The notes: generated by a model from the sequence alone, not told the origin. Positions 20,988 to 31,678 are shown, counted from the first letter of the stretch. The stretch: DNA of 64,000 bases from Calditrichaceae bacterium (GCA_050173015.1 JBFXLE010000008.1:96584-160583); one strand, 5' to 3'. Translations and numbers: made by a program.

Positions 20988-21923
20988 TTATCCATCATCT
21001 CTACCCGTCATTAGTTCCAAAAACAGATTTTCAAGGTTTGGCTGTATTAAATCAACCGAATGATATTCGATTTTCAGTTTTTTAAGTCCGCTGCAAATTT
21101 CATCATGCCCTATTTTTTCCTTGTCCAGAAAGTGTACCCCGTTTCCAAAGAGCTGTACTTTTTCATTCCACGGTGATGACCGCAACGTTTCGAAGACAGA
21201 GTAAGGCTTGTCCGTACGTATAAGAAATAAATCCGACTTAAAGGACTCTATCAGTGTTTCCGGACGGTCAGTCGCCAGAAGTTTTCCGTCATACATGAGA
21301 CCAACTCTGTCACATAGGCTGGCTTCATCCATATATGCCGTGCTTACAAGAATACAGGTCCCATCCTTGGCGAGCGTCTGTAATATCTCCCAAAACTCAT
21401 TCCTTGAAACAGGATCTACCCCAAAAGTTGGCTCATCCATCACCACAACATCCGGTTCATGCATCAGCATGCAGGATAAAGCCAGTTTCTGTTTCATTCC
21501 TCCGGATAGGTCGCCCGCTCTGCGTTTTTTAAACGGTCCCAATCTTGAAAAATCATACAAGCGTGTCATTCGTTCCAATTGCCCGGATTTTGGTATTTTA
21601 AAAAGATCACCAAAGAAACGCAGATTCTGTTCAACCGTTAAATCGGGATATAAACTAAAGCGTTGAGGCATATATCCAATATTTGCCCTTACAGTGTGGA
21701 GATCTTCCTGAACAGCTTTACCATGGAATAATACATCACCGGAATCCGGATTCAAAAGCGATACCAGTATTCGGATCAGCGTGGTTTTCCCCGCGCCGTC
21801 AGGACCGATTAGTCCGAAGATTTCACCCTTTGCCACTTCAAGTGAAACATCTTTCAGGGCTTGAACAGAACCATAGGATTTTTTCAGATTTTTAATGATT
21901 ATTGGATGATCGTTAGCCGACAT
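20988..21923 (-). CDS. ABC transporter ATP-binding protein
   Basis: GPDGAGKTT, LSGGMKQKL, DEPTFGVDP, STAYMDEA. Confidence 0.93.
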   Translation of the reverse strand: MSANDHPIIIKNLKKSYGSVQALKDVSLEVAKGEIFGLIGPDGAGKTTLIRILVSLLNPDSGDVLFHGKAVQEDLHTVRANIGYMPQRFSLYPDLTVEQNLRFFGDLFKIPKSGQLERMTRLYDFSRLGPFKKRRAGDLSGGMKQKLALSCMLMHEPDVVVMDEPTFGVDPVSRNEFWEILQTLAKDGTCILVSTAYMDEASLCDRVGLMYDGKLLATDRPETLIESFKSDLFLIRTDKPYSVFETLRSSPWNEKVQLFGNGVHFLDKEKIGHDEICSGLKKLKIEYHSVDLIQPNLENLFLELMTGRDDG

Positions 21924-21944
21924 ATTATGTTCCCGGTTGAATAA

Positions 21945-22814
21945 TTATATCTTTACATCCACAGGCATACCGATTTTGAAGATACCATCGGGATTGGATA
22001 CGGCAATTTTTACAGAATATACCAGCGTGGTCCGGGTCTCTTTTGTCAATATCGTTTTTGGAGTAAACTCTGATTCGCTTGAAACCCACCTGACTTTTCC
22101 CTCAAATTCTTTATCGACGCCGTCAATCGTCAGCTTGACAATTTGACCCAGTTTTACCTTATTCAGCTCCTCCAGCGGGATATAAATCGTTGCTTCCATA
22201 CTGGAGATATTAGCCAGATCAACAACAGCCATCCCCGGCGTAATGAGTTCACCTTTATAATGATATTTGTTGATAATGATTCCGTCAATCGGTGAGATTA
22301 TTCTGGCATCCTGAATATTCAATTCTGTAATGTCCTGAGCTGCTCTTAACTGTTCGATCTTACTCGAAATAATTTGCCTGTTTGATTTTAATCCATCCTT
22401 TTGAGCCGTCAGTACATCGACCTGTGTGGCGAGTTCATCCCGTTTTTGTTCCGTTGCCGCTCCTTCTTTAAGCATGAGCTCGGTTTTTGCCAACGTTTGA
22501 GAAGCAAGATCGAGTTGTGCCTGTACCTGCCGCGCCTGCGCGTCAACCGCCTGCAAATTTACGGTTAATTCCACAAGCTGAGCCTGCTGCTGTCTCCGCT
22601 GCGCCAGGAGCTTATCCTTATTGATGAGCGCGAGAATCTGATTCTTCGCGACCGGGTCCCCCTCTTCAATTTGTAGAGAATCGATTTCTCCGGCAATCTT
22701 CGCGGACAAACGGATTACATCGGTCTCAAGACGGCCGTTATAAATAGTCTGATCATCGTTGTTATTTGAACAGGCGATAATAAATAACAATATGATTAAA
22801 TAATAAGCTCTCAT
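21945..22814 (-). CDS. HlyD-family membrane fusion lipoprotein (YbhG-like)
   Basis: Lipobox IIAC, lipoyl half-motifs, coiled coil, SEFTPKTILTKETR, FKIGMP. Start moved to MRAYYL. Confidence 0.88.
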   Translation of the reverse strand: MRAYYLIILLFIIACSNNNDDQTIYNGRLETDVIRLSAKIAGEIDSLQIEEGDPVAKNQILALINKDKLLAQRRQQQAQLVELTVNLQAVDAQARQVQAQLDLASQTLAKTELMLKEGAATEQKRDELATQVDVLTAQKDGLKSNRQIISSKIEQLRAAQDITELNIQDARIISPIDGIIINKYHYKGELITPGMAVVDLANISSMEATIYIPLEELNKVKLGQIVKLTIDGVDKEFEGKVRWVSSESEFTPKTILTKETRTTLVYSVKIAVSNPDGIFKIGMPVDVKI

Positions 22815-22816
22815 TA

Positions 22817-24115
22817 TTATAATCTCCACTCATTTATTGGTTGGCCGCTTAAATAGTCAATCTCATTTATCTTCATATCAAGGGTTAACATTTGTGTCGC
22901 GTAACTTAATTCGGCCTGGGTCAGTTCTAAATTAGCATCATTGAAATCCGTCGCGCTAGCCATACCCTGTAATGATTGGGACTGGATGATTTTCATTTTT
23001 TGTCTGGACAGCTCAAGTGCTTTTTCAGATACTTTTAACTGCTCTTTCACCGCGCTTAATTCACGCACAGCCGTGTCAAATCTTGTTCGGATCTGATCAA
23101 CAAGAGCCTTTTTCTGATAACCAAGCCTGACAATTCCCGCTTCGCGCGCTTCGACCGCTTTTTTGTCAGCTCCCCAGCTCCATAAATTCCAGCTCACTCC
23201 GGCCCCCCAGACACCGTAAGTCATCCAGTCTTTCTTAATCACATCCACACCCGGATTACCGTATTTTACCGCCGCCTCAATCGCTACGGATGGATAATAG
23301 GCTGACCGGGTTCTTTTTATATCCGATTCCAGAAGTTGTTCCTGAATTTCGAGGGCTTTGTAAGCTTCTATGCGGGAAATTTCCAATTCCGCGTAATCAG
23401 ATACCAAATTATCCTGATTTTTCTCATCGGGAACAACAGGCTCTCCCGCGAGAATCTCGAGCGTTTGCATGGCGGACTCCATAGATGCCCGGGCCGAGAT
23501 GATTTTCTGATCATAACTGAGTTTAGCCAGCGCCAGAGAAAGCGTATCTACCGGAAGCGCCATACCGTTCCTGACCAGTGATTTTACCTGATTCAGCTGT
23601 AGCCGCGTTCTCTCCGCCGCGGCTTCCAGCAAAGCTATATTCAACTTGCGCGCCTGAACCTGCCGATAAACAGTGACCGTCTCAAAGGCGATATCTTTTA
23701 TGCTTTTTTCCTTATTGTTTTCCGCGAACCGGTACTGCCGGTCACTGATTTCGACTGCCGCCTGCTGAGCGTATCCGCTAAAAACCACGTACGAAGCCGT
23801 TAACCCCGTCTCATAGGAATCGTATGTCGCCAGTCCGATTTTTGATGCCGGCATAACAACTGAACCCGGTAGATTTATCTCAGCGACATCCGTAACATGC
23901 CGGTAACCCGCGTTAAAATCCACTGACGGCAATGTTTTTCGAAAGACAGAAATCTTCGCCAGGCCGGCGGATTTGACATCCTCTTCCGCTGCTTTGAGTG
24001 TGGGATTATTGCTGATCGCCAGCTCAATAGTCTCAGACACCGACTGAGAGAATACGAAGCTCTCCGTCAGTTGATTTATAGATAAAATGATGAAGATCAT
24101 TAAGGAAAATCTCAT
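22817..24115 (-). CDS. TolC-family outer membrane efflux protein
   Basis: Signal peptide, AISNNPTL, LPSVDF and YYPSV repeats; sits in an operon with HlyD/ABC genes. Confidence 0.85.
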   Translation of the reverse strand: MRFSLMIFIILSINQLTESFVFSQSVSETIELAISNNPTLKAAEEDVKSAGLAKISVFRKTLPSVDFNAGYRHVTDVAEINLPGSVVMPASKIGLATYDSYETGLTASYVVFSGYAQQAAVEISDRQYRFAENNKEKSIKDIAFETVTVYRQVQARKLNIALLEAAAERTRLQLNQVKSLVRNGMALPVDTLSLALAKLSYDQKIISARASMESAMQTLEILAGEPVVPDEKNQDNLVSDYAELEISRIEAYKALEIQEQLLESDIKRTRSAYYPSVAIEAAVKYGNPGVDVIKKDWMTYGVWGAGVSWNLWSWGADKKAVEAREAGIVRLGYQKKALVDQIRTRFDTAVRELSAVKEQLKVSEKALELSRQKMKIIQSQSLQGMASATDFNDANLELTQAELSYATQMLTLDMKINEIDYLSGQPINEWRL

Positions 24116-24756
24116 TTACTTTCTCCCCGCGCGCTAATTCCATAATAGATATTTTCAAAGATGGCTTTTTTTCTGTCTTCAATAAATTTCTTCCGGTCAT
24201 AATCATTTTCCATTGAAAAAATTGCCCTAAAGACCGGTTCGGCAATAAAAAAGTAGATACAGGCTCCGATCACATTCATCATCAAATTTACATGATCCAC
24301 CGCTACAATTTCGCCGCTCTTCACAGCCCTGTCTATGGCATGGATCATTTTGTGCGGCACCTGAAATTTATCTGAACGGATCAATGAGGAAATGATTTCT
24401 TCGACGATACTCCCGCCCTCCAGCATTTCGCTCGCGACAAACACCGGCAGCCTTGGATTTTCATCAAGTATGTCAATATATCTGTTTATAAATGATTTTA
24501 ATGTTGTTTCAAACCTGTTTTCTTCTTTGAATACATCAAGAAGCTCGCCAAAATATTTGACAAAAACCAACTCAAAAATTTGCGCGTAAAGCTTATCCTT
24601 ACTTCTGAAATAATAATGAAGCATGGCCTTATTGATACCCGCGCGGTCGGCAATATCCTGCATCCTGGCGCCATGCCTTCCCTTTTCTATGAATACATCC
24701 ATGGCATTTTGCAGGATAATTTCTTCCGTGGTTTTTGTGTTTGAAATCCTGGGCAT
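24112..24756 (-). CDS. TetR/AcrR family transcriptional regulator
   Basis: ILQNAMDVFIEKG...ARMQDIADRAGINKAMLHYYFRSKDKL. Start moved to MPRIS. Confidence 0.93.
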   Translation of the reverse strand: MPRISNTKTTEEIILQNAMDVFIEKGRHGARMQDIADRAGINKAMLHYYFRSKDKLYAQIFELVFVKYFGELLDVFKEENRFETTLKSFINRYIDILDENPRLPVFVASEMLEGGSIVEEIISSLIRSDKFQVPHKMIHAIDRAVKSGEIVAVDHVNLMMNVIGACIYFFIAEPVFRAIFSMENDYDRKKFIEDRKKAIFENIYYGISARGESK

Positions 24757-24787
24757 AATTACCAACCAACTTGTTTAACTTATTTAT

Positions 24788-24830
24788 TTAACTTTTTGGT
24801 TAATTTATAGTCCCTTACAATTATTGTCAA
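24788..24830 (-). promoter_or_regulatory. Sigma-70 promoter with an overlapping probable TetR operator
   Basis: Minus strand TTGACA-N17-TAAATT; dyad TTAAC-N6-GTTAA at 24788-24803 directly downstream. Confidence 0.65.
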
Positions 24831-24928
24831 GAAAAAAATCATCCCCATCATAATCTTGCTTCTTCAGGTCAGCTTTCTTAATTTCATGCTCTTAGTCAAT
24901 GTCTGTTAAATAACAAGCCGGAGCTTTT

Positions 24929-26164
24929 GTGAGTCGAGTACATGTAACTTCTGAAATAAGTCCATTAAAAAAAGTGATCATTCATACACCCGGTATGGAA
25001 CTGGAGCAGATGACTCCCGAAGCCGCCGTTGAATTGCTGTATGATGATATTCTCTATCTGCCCTCCGCCATCAAACAACACAATCAGCTCAGCGGCGTTT
25101 TGTCAAAAGTCGCGGAACCGATTCAGGTTAATGATTTACTGGTGGATATTTTAAAGGACGAAAAAGTAAAAAGAGAACTTATACACGATTTGTGCGCTCA
25201 CCTAAACACCGTTGAAGTTGAAAATTCCCTTCTGGAGCTTGATCCTAAAACACTGTCGGCTCAATTGATCACAGGGACAAAGATCAAAAGAAACACGTTG
25301 GAGCGTTATTTAACTCCAAGGAATTATTCTCTGCCGCCTTTGCCGAACCTGTTCTTTACCAGAGATTCAGCAATGGTTATCAATGATAAAGCCATCATCG
25401 GCAATATGGCGAACCGGATTCGTATCGCGGAAGCGATCATAATGAGCTATATATTCCGTTTTCATCCTGATTTACTTTGCCAGGAATTTTTAATTGACGC
25501 CACAAAACAGAGTATGCCGGACGCCACTTTTGAAGGCGGCGATATTCTTATTCTCCAGGAAGATACTGTTCTTATCGGGATGAGTGAAAGAACCAGCATC
25601 CGCGGCATTGATTATCTTGTAGAACAATTCAAAAAAAGTAAAAACATAAAACATGTGTTCGTTGTTGTCCTTCCGAAAATCCGTGCCACCATACACCTCG
25701 ATATGGTTTTTACGATGATTGACTATGACAAGGCCGTCGTTTCACCACCGGTAATTCTGGCAAAAAATGCCGTTGATGTCATCCATATAAATTTATCCGA
25801 TGCCAATCATCCCAAATTTAACAGATATCCCTATCTTCTCAATGCTTTAAGAACAGTCAATATTAATCTGGAACCGATTAATTGCGGGGGAGATACGGAT
25901 CTCTACCAAAAACGTGAACAATGGCAATCCGGGGCTAACTTCTTTACAATCGCGCCGGGAAAAATTATCGGTTACGGAATGAATATATACACCTATGAAG
26001 CGCTCGCTCAGGCAGGAATACCGCGTATTGAAGCCATTGATGTGATGAGCGGAAAAGTTGATTTAAACAAAATGGATAAATATGCGGTGGCTATTTCGGG
26101 AAATGAGCTCACCAGAGGCGGAGGCGGTTGCCGCTGCATGACTATGCCCATTTCGCGGGAATAA
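24929..26164 (+). CDS. arcA: Arginine deiminase
   Basis: VTSEISPLKKVIIHTPG, LLYDD, PNLFFTRD, FEGGD, IHLD, ELTRGGGGCRCMTMP. Confidence 0.9.
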   Translation: MSRVHVTSEISPLKKVIIHTPGMELEQMTPEAAVELLYDDILYLPSAIKQHNQLSGVLSKVAEPIQVNDLLVDILKDEKVKRELIHDLCAHLNTVEVENSLLELDPKTLSAQLITGTKIKRNTLERYLTPRNYSLPPLPNLFFTRDSAMVINDKAIIGNMANRIRIAEAIIMSYIFRFHPDLLCQEFLIDATKQSMPDATFEGGDILILQEDTVLIGMSERTSIRGIDYLVEQFKKSKNIKHVFVVVLPKIRATIHLDMVFTMIDYDKAVVSPPVILAKNAVDVIHINLSDANHPKFNRYPYLLNALRTVNINLEPINCGGDTDLYQKREQWQSGANFFTIAPGKIIGYGMNIYTYEALAQAGIPRIEAIDVMSGKVDLNKMDKYAVAISGNELTRGGGGCRCMTMPISRE

Positions 26165-26275
26165 CTGTTTATTAACTTACTAAAATCTTCACAAGGGAAA
26201 ATATAATGTCGGGATGCAATCTGATTCCCGATATATATTACAGATGAGACTATTCAGTTGAAGCAAATAATCGTT

Positions 26276-26719
26276 CTATAAAATCGGAGCGATCTTTTTG
26301 TTTTTTTCCTTCTGCTGGCCTTTAAACGCCTTGATAATTTTCAGCAAATCACGCCGTGTAATCTGCCCGACCATCTTACCATCCTGATCCGCGACAACCA
26401 GGCGTCTGAAAAAATGCTTCAGGAACATATCCGCTACACTGAAGATATCAGTATTAGGCGGAATCGTAACCACATGTTCCGTCATAAAATCAGAGACTCT
26501 GCCGCTGGGAAGACTGTGGTATTCTCCTTTTGTCAACAGTGTGAGACAGTCTTTTTCCGAGAGAATTCCGACAATCTTCATTTCATCATCGGTTACAACC
26601 GCGCTGGTTATTCCCTTTGTAAGAAGAACGTCGATTGCTTTGTAGACATCCATATCCCGCTGCAGGGTAACAAAAGTCTTATCCATAAAATCCTGCACCG
26701 TTGGCAAGTTGCTACTCAT
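26276..26719 (-). CDS. CBS-domain pair protein
   Basis: VQDFM...VGILSEKD; VSDFMT...VGQITRRD. Confidence 0.88.
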   Translation of the reverse strand: MSSNLPTVQDFMDKTFVTLQRDMDVYKAIDVLLTKGITSAVVTDDEMKIVGILSEKDCLTLLTKGEYHSLPSGRVSDFMTEHVVTIPPNTDIFSVADMFLKHFFRRLVVADQDGKMVGQITRRDLLKIIKAFKGQQKEKNKKIAPIL

Positions 26720-26812
26720 TAGAATTCCTCCTATTTGTTAGTTAATCACGAAATGCTGATCCCATAAATGAATATCAACAATATGAATGATTCATGCAAG
26801 AATAATTAACAA

Positions 26813-27118
26813 TTATGAATAATAGTTGACTTTACAGCCGCAGCCGTCCCACATTTTTTCATAAATTTCCATCCGTTCATCCAGAAGTGCCATCGCAGAC
26901 TCCGGACTGGTAAAACTTCTCAAAGCAATTTCAGATTTATTCGTTGTCTCCTGCAGGATGTATGTATTCTCTATTTTCATGATTCGGATAATACCGGAGA
27001 TGAGAGTATCGCGTTCAGTGATGATTTCCGCGGAATTTTTTAATAATTCAAGTTGATCCGCGGTAATGACTTTTACTTTTTCTATTCCGATTTCTGTTAA
27101 TAAATTATTTAAATCCAT
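26813..27118 (-). CDS. Conserved hypothetical protein with C-terminal MWDGCGCK motif
   Basis: ATG start, normal composition, distinctive CGC motif. Confidence 0.7.
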   Translation of the reverse strand: MDLNNLLTEIGIEKVKVITADQLELLKNSAEIITERDTLISGIIRIMKIENTYILQETTNKSEIALRSFTSPESAMALLDERMEIYEKMWDGCGCKVNYYS

Positions 27119-27222
27119 TTTGTTTCTGCCTTACTTTGTTCAACTTTATAAATAAAAGATGAACAAAAATCAGATAAGATACACCTGCGTTTTTACATCT
27201 CTGCAAGCATTTTAAAACAATA

Positions 27223-27849
27223 TCACAGAATTCCCGCCTTTTGTAAATCGGTTCTCAGTTTTTCCACCCCGGTGAAAATAACTCCCCGCATACCGGCTTT
27301 GACGGCGCCTTCAATATTTTGCGGCCTGTCGTCAATAAAAAAACAATTTTCAGGATCAAAGCCAATATTTTTAGCCGCAATTTTGTACACTTCAACGGCC
27401 GGCTTCAGAATTCCGGTTTCAAAACTGAGGGTGGGGTTTTCAAAAACATCCAGTAACGGATAATTTTTTTTAAGGTAATTCCAGTGCGCGGGATCAATAT
27501 CCGAGAGCAAACCTATAGGATATTTCCCCTGTATTTCACGCACAACCGATTCCATGCCTTCCATCGGCTCAAATATATCACACCATTTTTCTATAAAAAC
27601 ATCGTATTCAAGTTGAATATCAAACTGATCTTTAACCGACTGATACATCTGTTTTGTATCTATCTTGCCGGTATTATACTTAATAAAAAGCTCATTTTTG
27701 AATAATTTATCCAACAGCGTGAGATCATCGGCGTTGGGTGAAGGGTGGGCATATTTAAACAATCCCCTCGCGAAATCAACCTTAACAAGTACGCGTCCAA
27801 GGTCAAATATAACCGCTTTTATTTCATTATTTCCAGGATTTATCATCAT
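27223..27849 (-). CDS. HAD-family phosphatase (YihX-like)
   Basis: IFDLGRV, GILKP, FIDD..NI.GA. Confidence 0.85.
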   Translation of the reverse strand: MMINPGNNEIKAVIFDLGRVLVKVDFARGLFKYAHPSPNADDLTLLDKLFKNELFIKYNTGKIDTKQMYQSVKDQFDIQLEYDVFIEKWCDIFEPMEGMESVVREIQGKYPIGLLSDIDPAHWNYLKKNYPLLDVFENPTLSFETGILKPAVEVYKIAAKNIGFDPENCFFIDDRPQNIEGAVKAGMRGVIFTGVEKLRTDLQKAGIL

Positions 27850-27863
27850 TCAAATTCCTTTTT

Positions 27864-29720
27864 TTAAGACGCGCTGCTCTCCACTAAATTTCTTGCTTTC
27901 AAAAGAATGTCAGCGGCGGTTTTTCCATATAATTTCAAACGTTCCGCATGATCATCGCGTGGTTCATTGCTTACCAATTCATAATAATAACGGAACTTGG
28001 GCTCCGTCCCCGAGGGTCTCAACAAAATCCAGCTCTTATCTTCAAAGATTATTTTTAAGCCGTCGATGGTATTAATTTCCACAATCTTTTTGTTTTCATT
28101 CCCGATGCTAATTTCATCCCCGAATTTATAAAGTCCGCTCATCAGAACATTGACAACATCGACCTTATATTTTTGCCAGGCTTCAACACTGACTCCCTTC
28201 ACATCTTCTCCGCCTCTTTCAGGGTAAAAATATCCGTATTTTTTACACAGGCTGTTATACCGCTCCGAAAGATTTTCTCCGGTGGATGCCATCACATCCA
28301 GCGCCGCCAGGAACCCCGCCAAAGCGCATTTTTCTAATGTATGCCCCTTAAAAGTAATACCGTCCGACTCTTCAAATGCCATCGCCACATCACCGCCGGC
28401 AAGCGCGGCGCGAAAATTTTTAAATCCGACGGGAGTTTCATAAAACGGAAATTGGTTTGCGCGGGCGATTTCCGGTGCAAATCCTGACGAAGGCACACTG
28501 GTTACAATGCCGCCTTTGATACCTTTATTGATGATATTCTCAAAAGCAATGGCGGCAAAACGGTTCATATCAATGTCCATTTCCGCGTCGTTAAAACGAA
28601 TCCTGTCCGCATCCGGATCCATCGCCACGGCCAGCGTCAGTTTTCTTCCCGATGAATTCAGTTTATCCATCAGCGGTCTTTGATTGGCGGCGCTCGGCTC
28701 CGGTTTCACCCCATGAAACGAATAATCTTCATCGGTATGTATAAATTCGATTGACCGCGTCTTTTCCAGTTCGCTTATAAGATCCTCACCGAGAAGAGAC
28801 TGCACATATCCTCTTGATGAACCATGCATATTATCGACGAGAATAAAAAGATCGTTTTTTGATTTTTTCAGCCAGGAGCGAATTTTTTTCAGATCAAACG
28901 CGATACTCTTCTCTTCCACAAATTTTCTGAAAACCTCCTTACCATCAATATCTATGCGTAATTCCTTAAAATCACTCATCGCCGGGACAAAATCTGAACC
29001 GGTTTTCATATAAAAATTTGATTTCTCTTCGATAATCGATGTCAGATTTTTGTCAGCCGGCCCGCCATCACCGGGATTAAATTTAACACCCGCGTATTCC
29101 ATCGGATTATGCGAGGGGGTAAAGTTAATCGATCCGGCCGCTTTCAATTCTTTAAGTATCGCCGACCCCACGCCCGTCGGACATTCGCCTACGAAATATA
29201 TCCTGATTTTTTCTGAAGCCAGTTCACGCATGGCGGCATCCAGAAACCGATCTCCCATAAACCGGTTATCCCGCAGAAGGAGAATCCCTGCTTTCCTGAC
29301 ATCATCAAAATCCGTGTACCCGTTTGTCTTCAAAAATTCATCGCTTTTCATCATTTCAATGATACCGCGAACCACTTTATGCGCATTTTCGATTGTAAAG
29401 TCTTCTCCAATGAGACCACGCCATCCCGATGTGCCAAAGACAACAGGAGCCGGATCTTTCGATTCGACGGCCCTCTGCCCCTGAAAGACTCTGATATGAT
29501 CGATAATCTCCCTGCATTTTTTACGGATATCATTTCCAACGGAGGCTCCGTTGTAGAAATTACCCAAAATATTCGCCGCCTCCCAGAGATTGGGTTCCCG
29601 ATCCTGAGACGGGTTAAGATAACCATCTAATTTGCTGATAATTTCAGGTGGAAGTGAATTTAAATTATCTGTGATAGTATTTTGCAATGCACCTGCAAAA
29701 GCCGTCTTGCTTATGGTCAT
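27864..29720 (-). CDS. Phosphoglucomutase/phosphomannomutase family protein with N-terminal extension
   Basis: FGTSGWRG, TPSHNP, DPDADR, PVGFK, FEES, LRPSGTEPKFRYY. Confidence 0.9.
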   Translation of the reverse strand: MTISKTAFAGALQNTITDNLNSLPPEIISKLDGYLNPSQDREPNLWEAANILGNFYNGASVGNDIRKKCREIIDHIRVFQGQRAVESKDPAPVVFGTSGWRGLIGEDFTIENAHKVVRGIIEMMKSDEFLKTNGYTDFDDVRKAGILLLRDNRFMGDRFLDAAMRELASEKIRIYFVGECPTGVGSAILKELKAAGSINFTPSHNPMEYAGVKFNPGDGGPADKNLTSIIEEKSNFYMKTGSDFVPAMSDFKELRIDIDGKEVFRKFVEEKSIAFDLKKIRSWLKKSKNDLFILVDNMHGSSRGYVQSLLGEDLISELEKTRSIEFIHTDEDYSFHGVKPEPSAANQRPLMDKLNSSGRKLTLAVAMDPDADRIRFNDAEMDIDMNRFAAIAFENIINKGIKGGIVTSVPSSGFAPEIARANQFPFYETPVGFKNFRAALAGGDVAMAFEESDGITFKGHTLEKCALAGFLAALDVMASTGENLSERYNSLCKKYGYFYPERGGEDVKGVSVEAWQKYKVDVVNVLMSGLYKFGDEISIGNENKKIVEINTIDGLKIIFEDKSWILLRPSGTEPKFRYYYELVSNEPRDDHAERLKLYGKTAADILLKARNLVESSAS

Positions 29721-29735
29721 TATGATGTATCTCCT

Positions 29736-30116
29736 CTATTCAACTCCGTTTGTTTCCTCACGCAGTGCCGGGCGAACATTAATTTTTTTTGCCTGGCGAA
29801 TTGTTACGGATCCGGGTTTGGCTCCCCTGGGCTTACTTACCTGTTTGACAAAGCAATAATGTACCGGGACACTCCCGCCTTCCCTCATTTTTGAAAACCA
29901 GGCGGCCAGCTCTGCAGCTTCTTTGATACTCTGTTTGTCCGGCACTACAGAAACATCACCGCAGCGAAGAACAACATGACTACCCGGCGCGCCATTGACA
30001 TGAAACCATAAATCATTGGCATGACCGGTTCTGAACGTTAACTGATCATTGCTGTAATCATCCTGTCCTACGAGAATCTCCAGGTCTGAACTGCTTAAAA
30101 ACCGTTTTACCTTCAT
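29736..30116 (-). CDS. Stand-alone NFACT RNA-binding (DUF814) domain protein
   Basis: ILVG...NDQLT...DLWFHV.GAPGSHVV...AAELAAWFSK...VSKPRGAKPGSV. Confidence 0.85.
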   Translation of the reverse strand: MKVKRFLSSSDLEILVGQDDYSNDQLTFRTGHANDLWFHVNGAPGSHVVLRCGDVSVVPDKQSIKEAAELAAWFSKMREGGSVPVHYCFVKQVSKPRGAKPGSVTIRQAKKINVRPALREETNGVE

Positions 30117-30194
30117 ACTTACTAATATCTTGTTTAGTTCTGCCCTAATATAAATTTACAGAATGAATCTTCAAAGTTTTTTAGCTGAGCCGGT

Positions 30195-31592
30195 TTATAT
30201 TTGGATCATTTCTTCCCTTTCCGGGAAATAAACCGAAGGATAGCCTAAGTCTGAAATCGCTGCTTTCAATGGTAAGGCCTGATCTTCTTCACCATGCACA
30301 AGAAAGATTTGTGTTAATTTTTCCGGTTTGTGAAACTTCACATACTCCAACAATTCCTGACGATCCGCGTGTCCGCTAAAATCATCCATTTTTTTGACCT
30401 TGCATAACACCTTGTGTTTTTCACCAAAAATACTCACTTCTTCATCACCGTCCATCATTTTCCGGGCAAGAGTATGCGCCGCCGCGTAACCAACAAACAA
30501 CACCAGATTTTTGGGATTCTCTATATTATTTCTTAAATGATGCAGTATCCGGCCCCCTTCTGCCATTCCTGAAGCGGATATGATGATGTGCGGAGTCTTC
30601 AGATCGTTTAGTTCTTTGGATTTTGCCGCCTCGCGGATGTATTTCAATCTACCGAATCCGAACGGATTATCATCTTCAGACAGAAACAATCGATGAGTTT
30701 CCCTGTCGAGACATTCCGGATGCAATCTGAATACTTCAGTCGCGTTGCAGGCCATGGGGCTATCCACAAAAATGGGTATATCGGGAATCCTGGCCTGATC
30801 AAAAAGTTTATGAAGCATGTAAACCAGGACCTGAGTTCTTCCGACGGCAAAGGCGGGAATAATAATTTTTCCGCCATCTTTTACAACTTCCCGGATGGTT
30901 TGGGCCAGCTCTTCTTCAACATCATCCGAAGGAGTGTGCAGACGATTGCCATAAGTACTCTCCATTAAAAGAACATCAAGATCGCGAAGATAATTCGGGT
31001 CATGCAGCACCGGCATATCTTTACGGCCGATATCACCGCTGAATCCAAACCGGATTGACCTTCCGTTTTCTGATATTTCCAACAGAATACCCGCCGAACC
31101 CAAAATATGTCCGGCGTCCCTGAAAGTCGCTTTCACGCCCGGAGCCACCTCAATCGGATGATCATAATGAATTCCCACAAAATGTTTCAGCGCGGTCTCG
31201 GCGTCATCAATCGTATAGATCGGTTCAATGGGGGGCTGATTTTTACGTTTACGTTTCTTATTTACCCATTCCACATCCTTCTCCTGCAGATAAGCGGAAT
31301 CACGAAGCATGATCTGACACAAATCCGCGGTCGCGGAAGTGGCGTATATTTGTCCTTTAAATCCGTTTCTTATCAGGTTCGGAATGTTGCCGCTATGATC
31401 GATATGGGCATGCGACAACAGCATTACATCAACTTCAGACGGATTAAACAAAAAATTCTTATTCCGATCATAGGTTTCACTGCGGCGTCCCTGGAACATA
31501 CCGCATTCCAAAAGAATTTTTTTACCATTAATCGATAATAAATACTGTGACCCTGTGACGGTTTGCGCGCCGCCAAAAAATTGAATTTTCAT
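30195..31592 (-). CDS. MBL-fold beta-CASP ribonuclease
   Basis: GGAQTVTGS, SHAHIDHSG, AGHILGS, ESTYG, PAFAVGRTQ, FSGHAD, VHGE. Confidence 0.92.
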   Translation of the reverse strand: MKIQFFGGAQTVTGSQYLLSINGKKILLECGMFQGRRSETYDRNKNFLFNPSEVDVMLLSHAHIDHSGNIPNLIRNGFKGQIYATSATADLCQIMLRDSAYLQEKDVEWVNKKRKRKNQPPIEPIYTIDDAETALKHFVGIHYDHPIEVAPGVKATFRDAGHILGSAGILLEISENGRSIRFGFSGDIGRKDMPVLHDPNYLRDLDVLLMESTYGNRLHTPSDDVEEELAQTIREVVKDGGKIIIPAFAVGRTQVLVYMLHKLFDQARIPDIPIFVDSPMACNATEVFRLHPECLDRETHRLFLSEDDNPFGFGRLKYIREAAKSKELNDLKTPHIIISASGMAEGGRILHHLRNNIENPKNLVLFVGYAAAHTLARKMMDGDEEVSIFGEKHKVLCKVKKMDDFSGHADRQELLEYVKFHKPEKLTQIFLVHGEEDQALPLKAAISDLGYPSVYFPEREEMIQI

Positions 31593-31678
31593 TTTCCGTT
31601 CCCCTGTTACTGGACGACTATCAGATTTTCAGTGAAATAACATCTTCTTTTATTTTATTCCTGCTGGATTACCACCCG

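Noticed and set aside
20691-21085. ORFs 20691-20879 and 20858-21085 as genes, or the repeats as a CRISPR array
   Set aside because: The Leu/Phe/Ser low-complexity translations arise from the heptamer tracts, and there are no long identical repeats with unique spacers.
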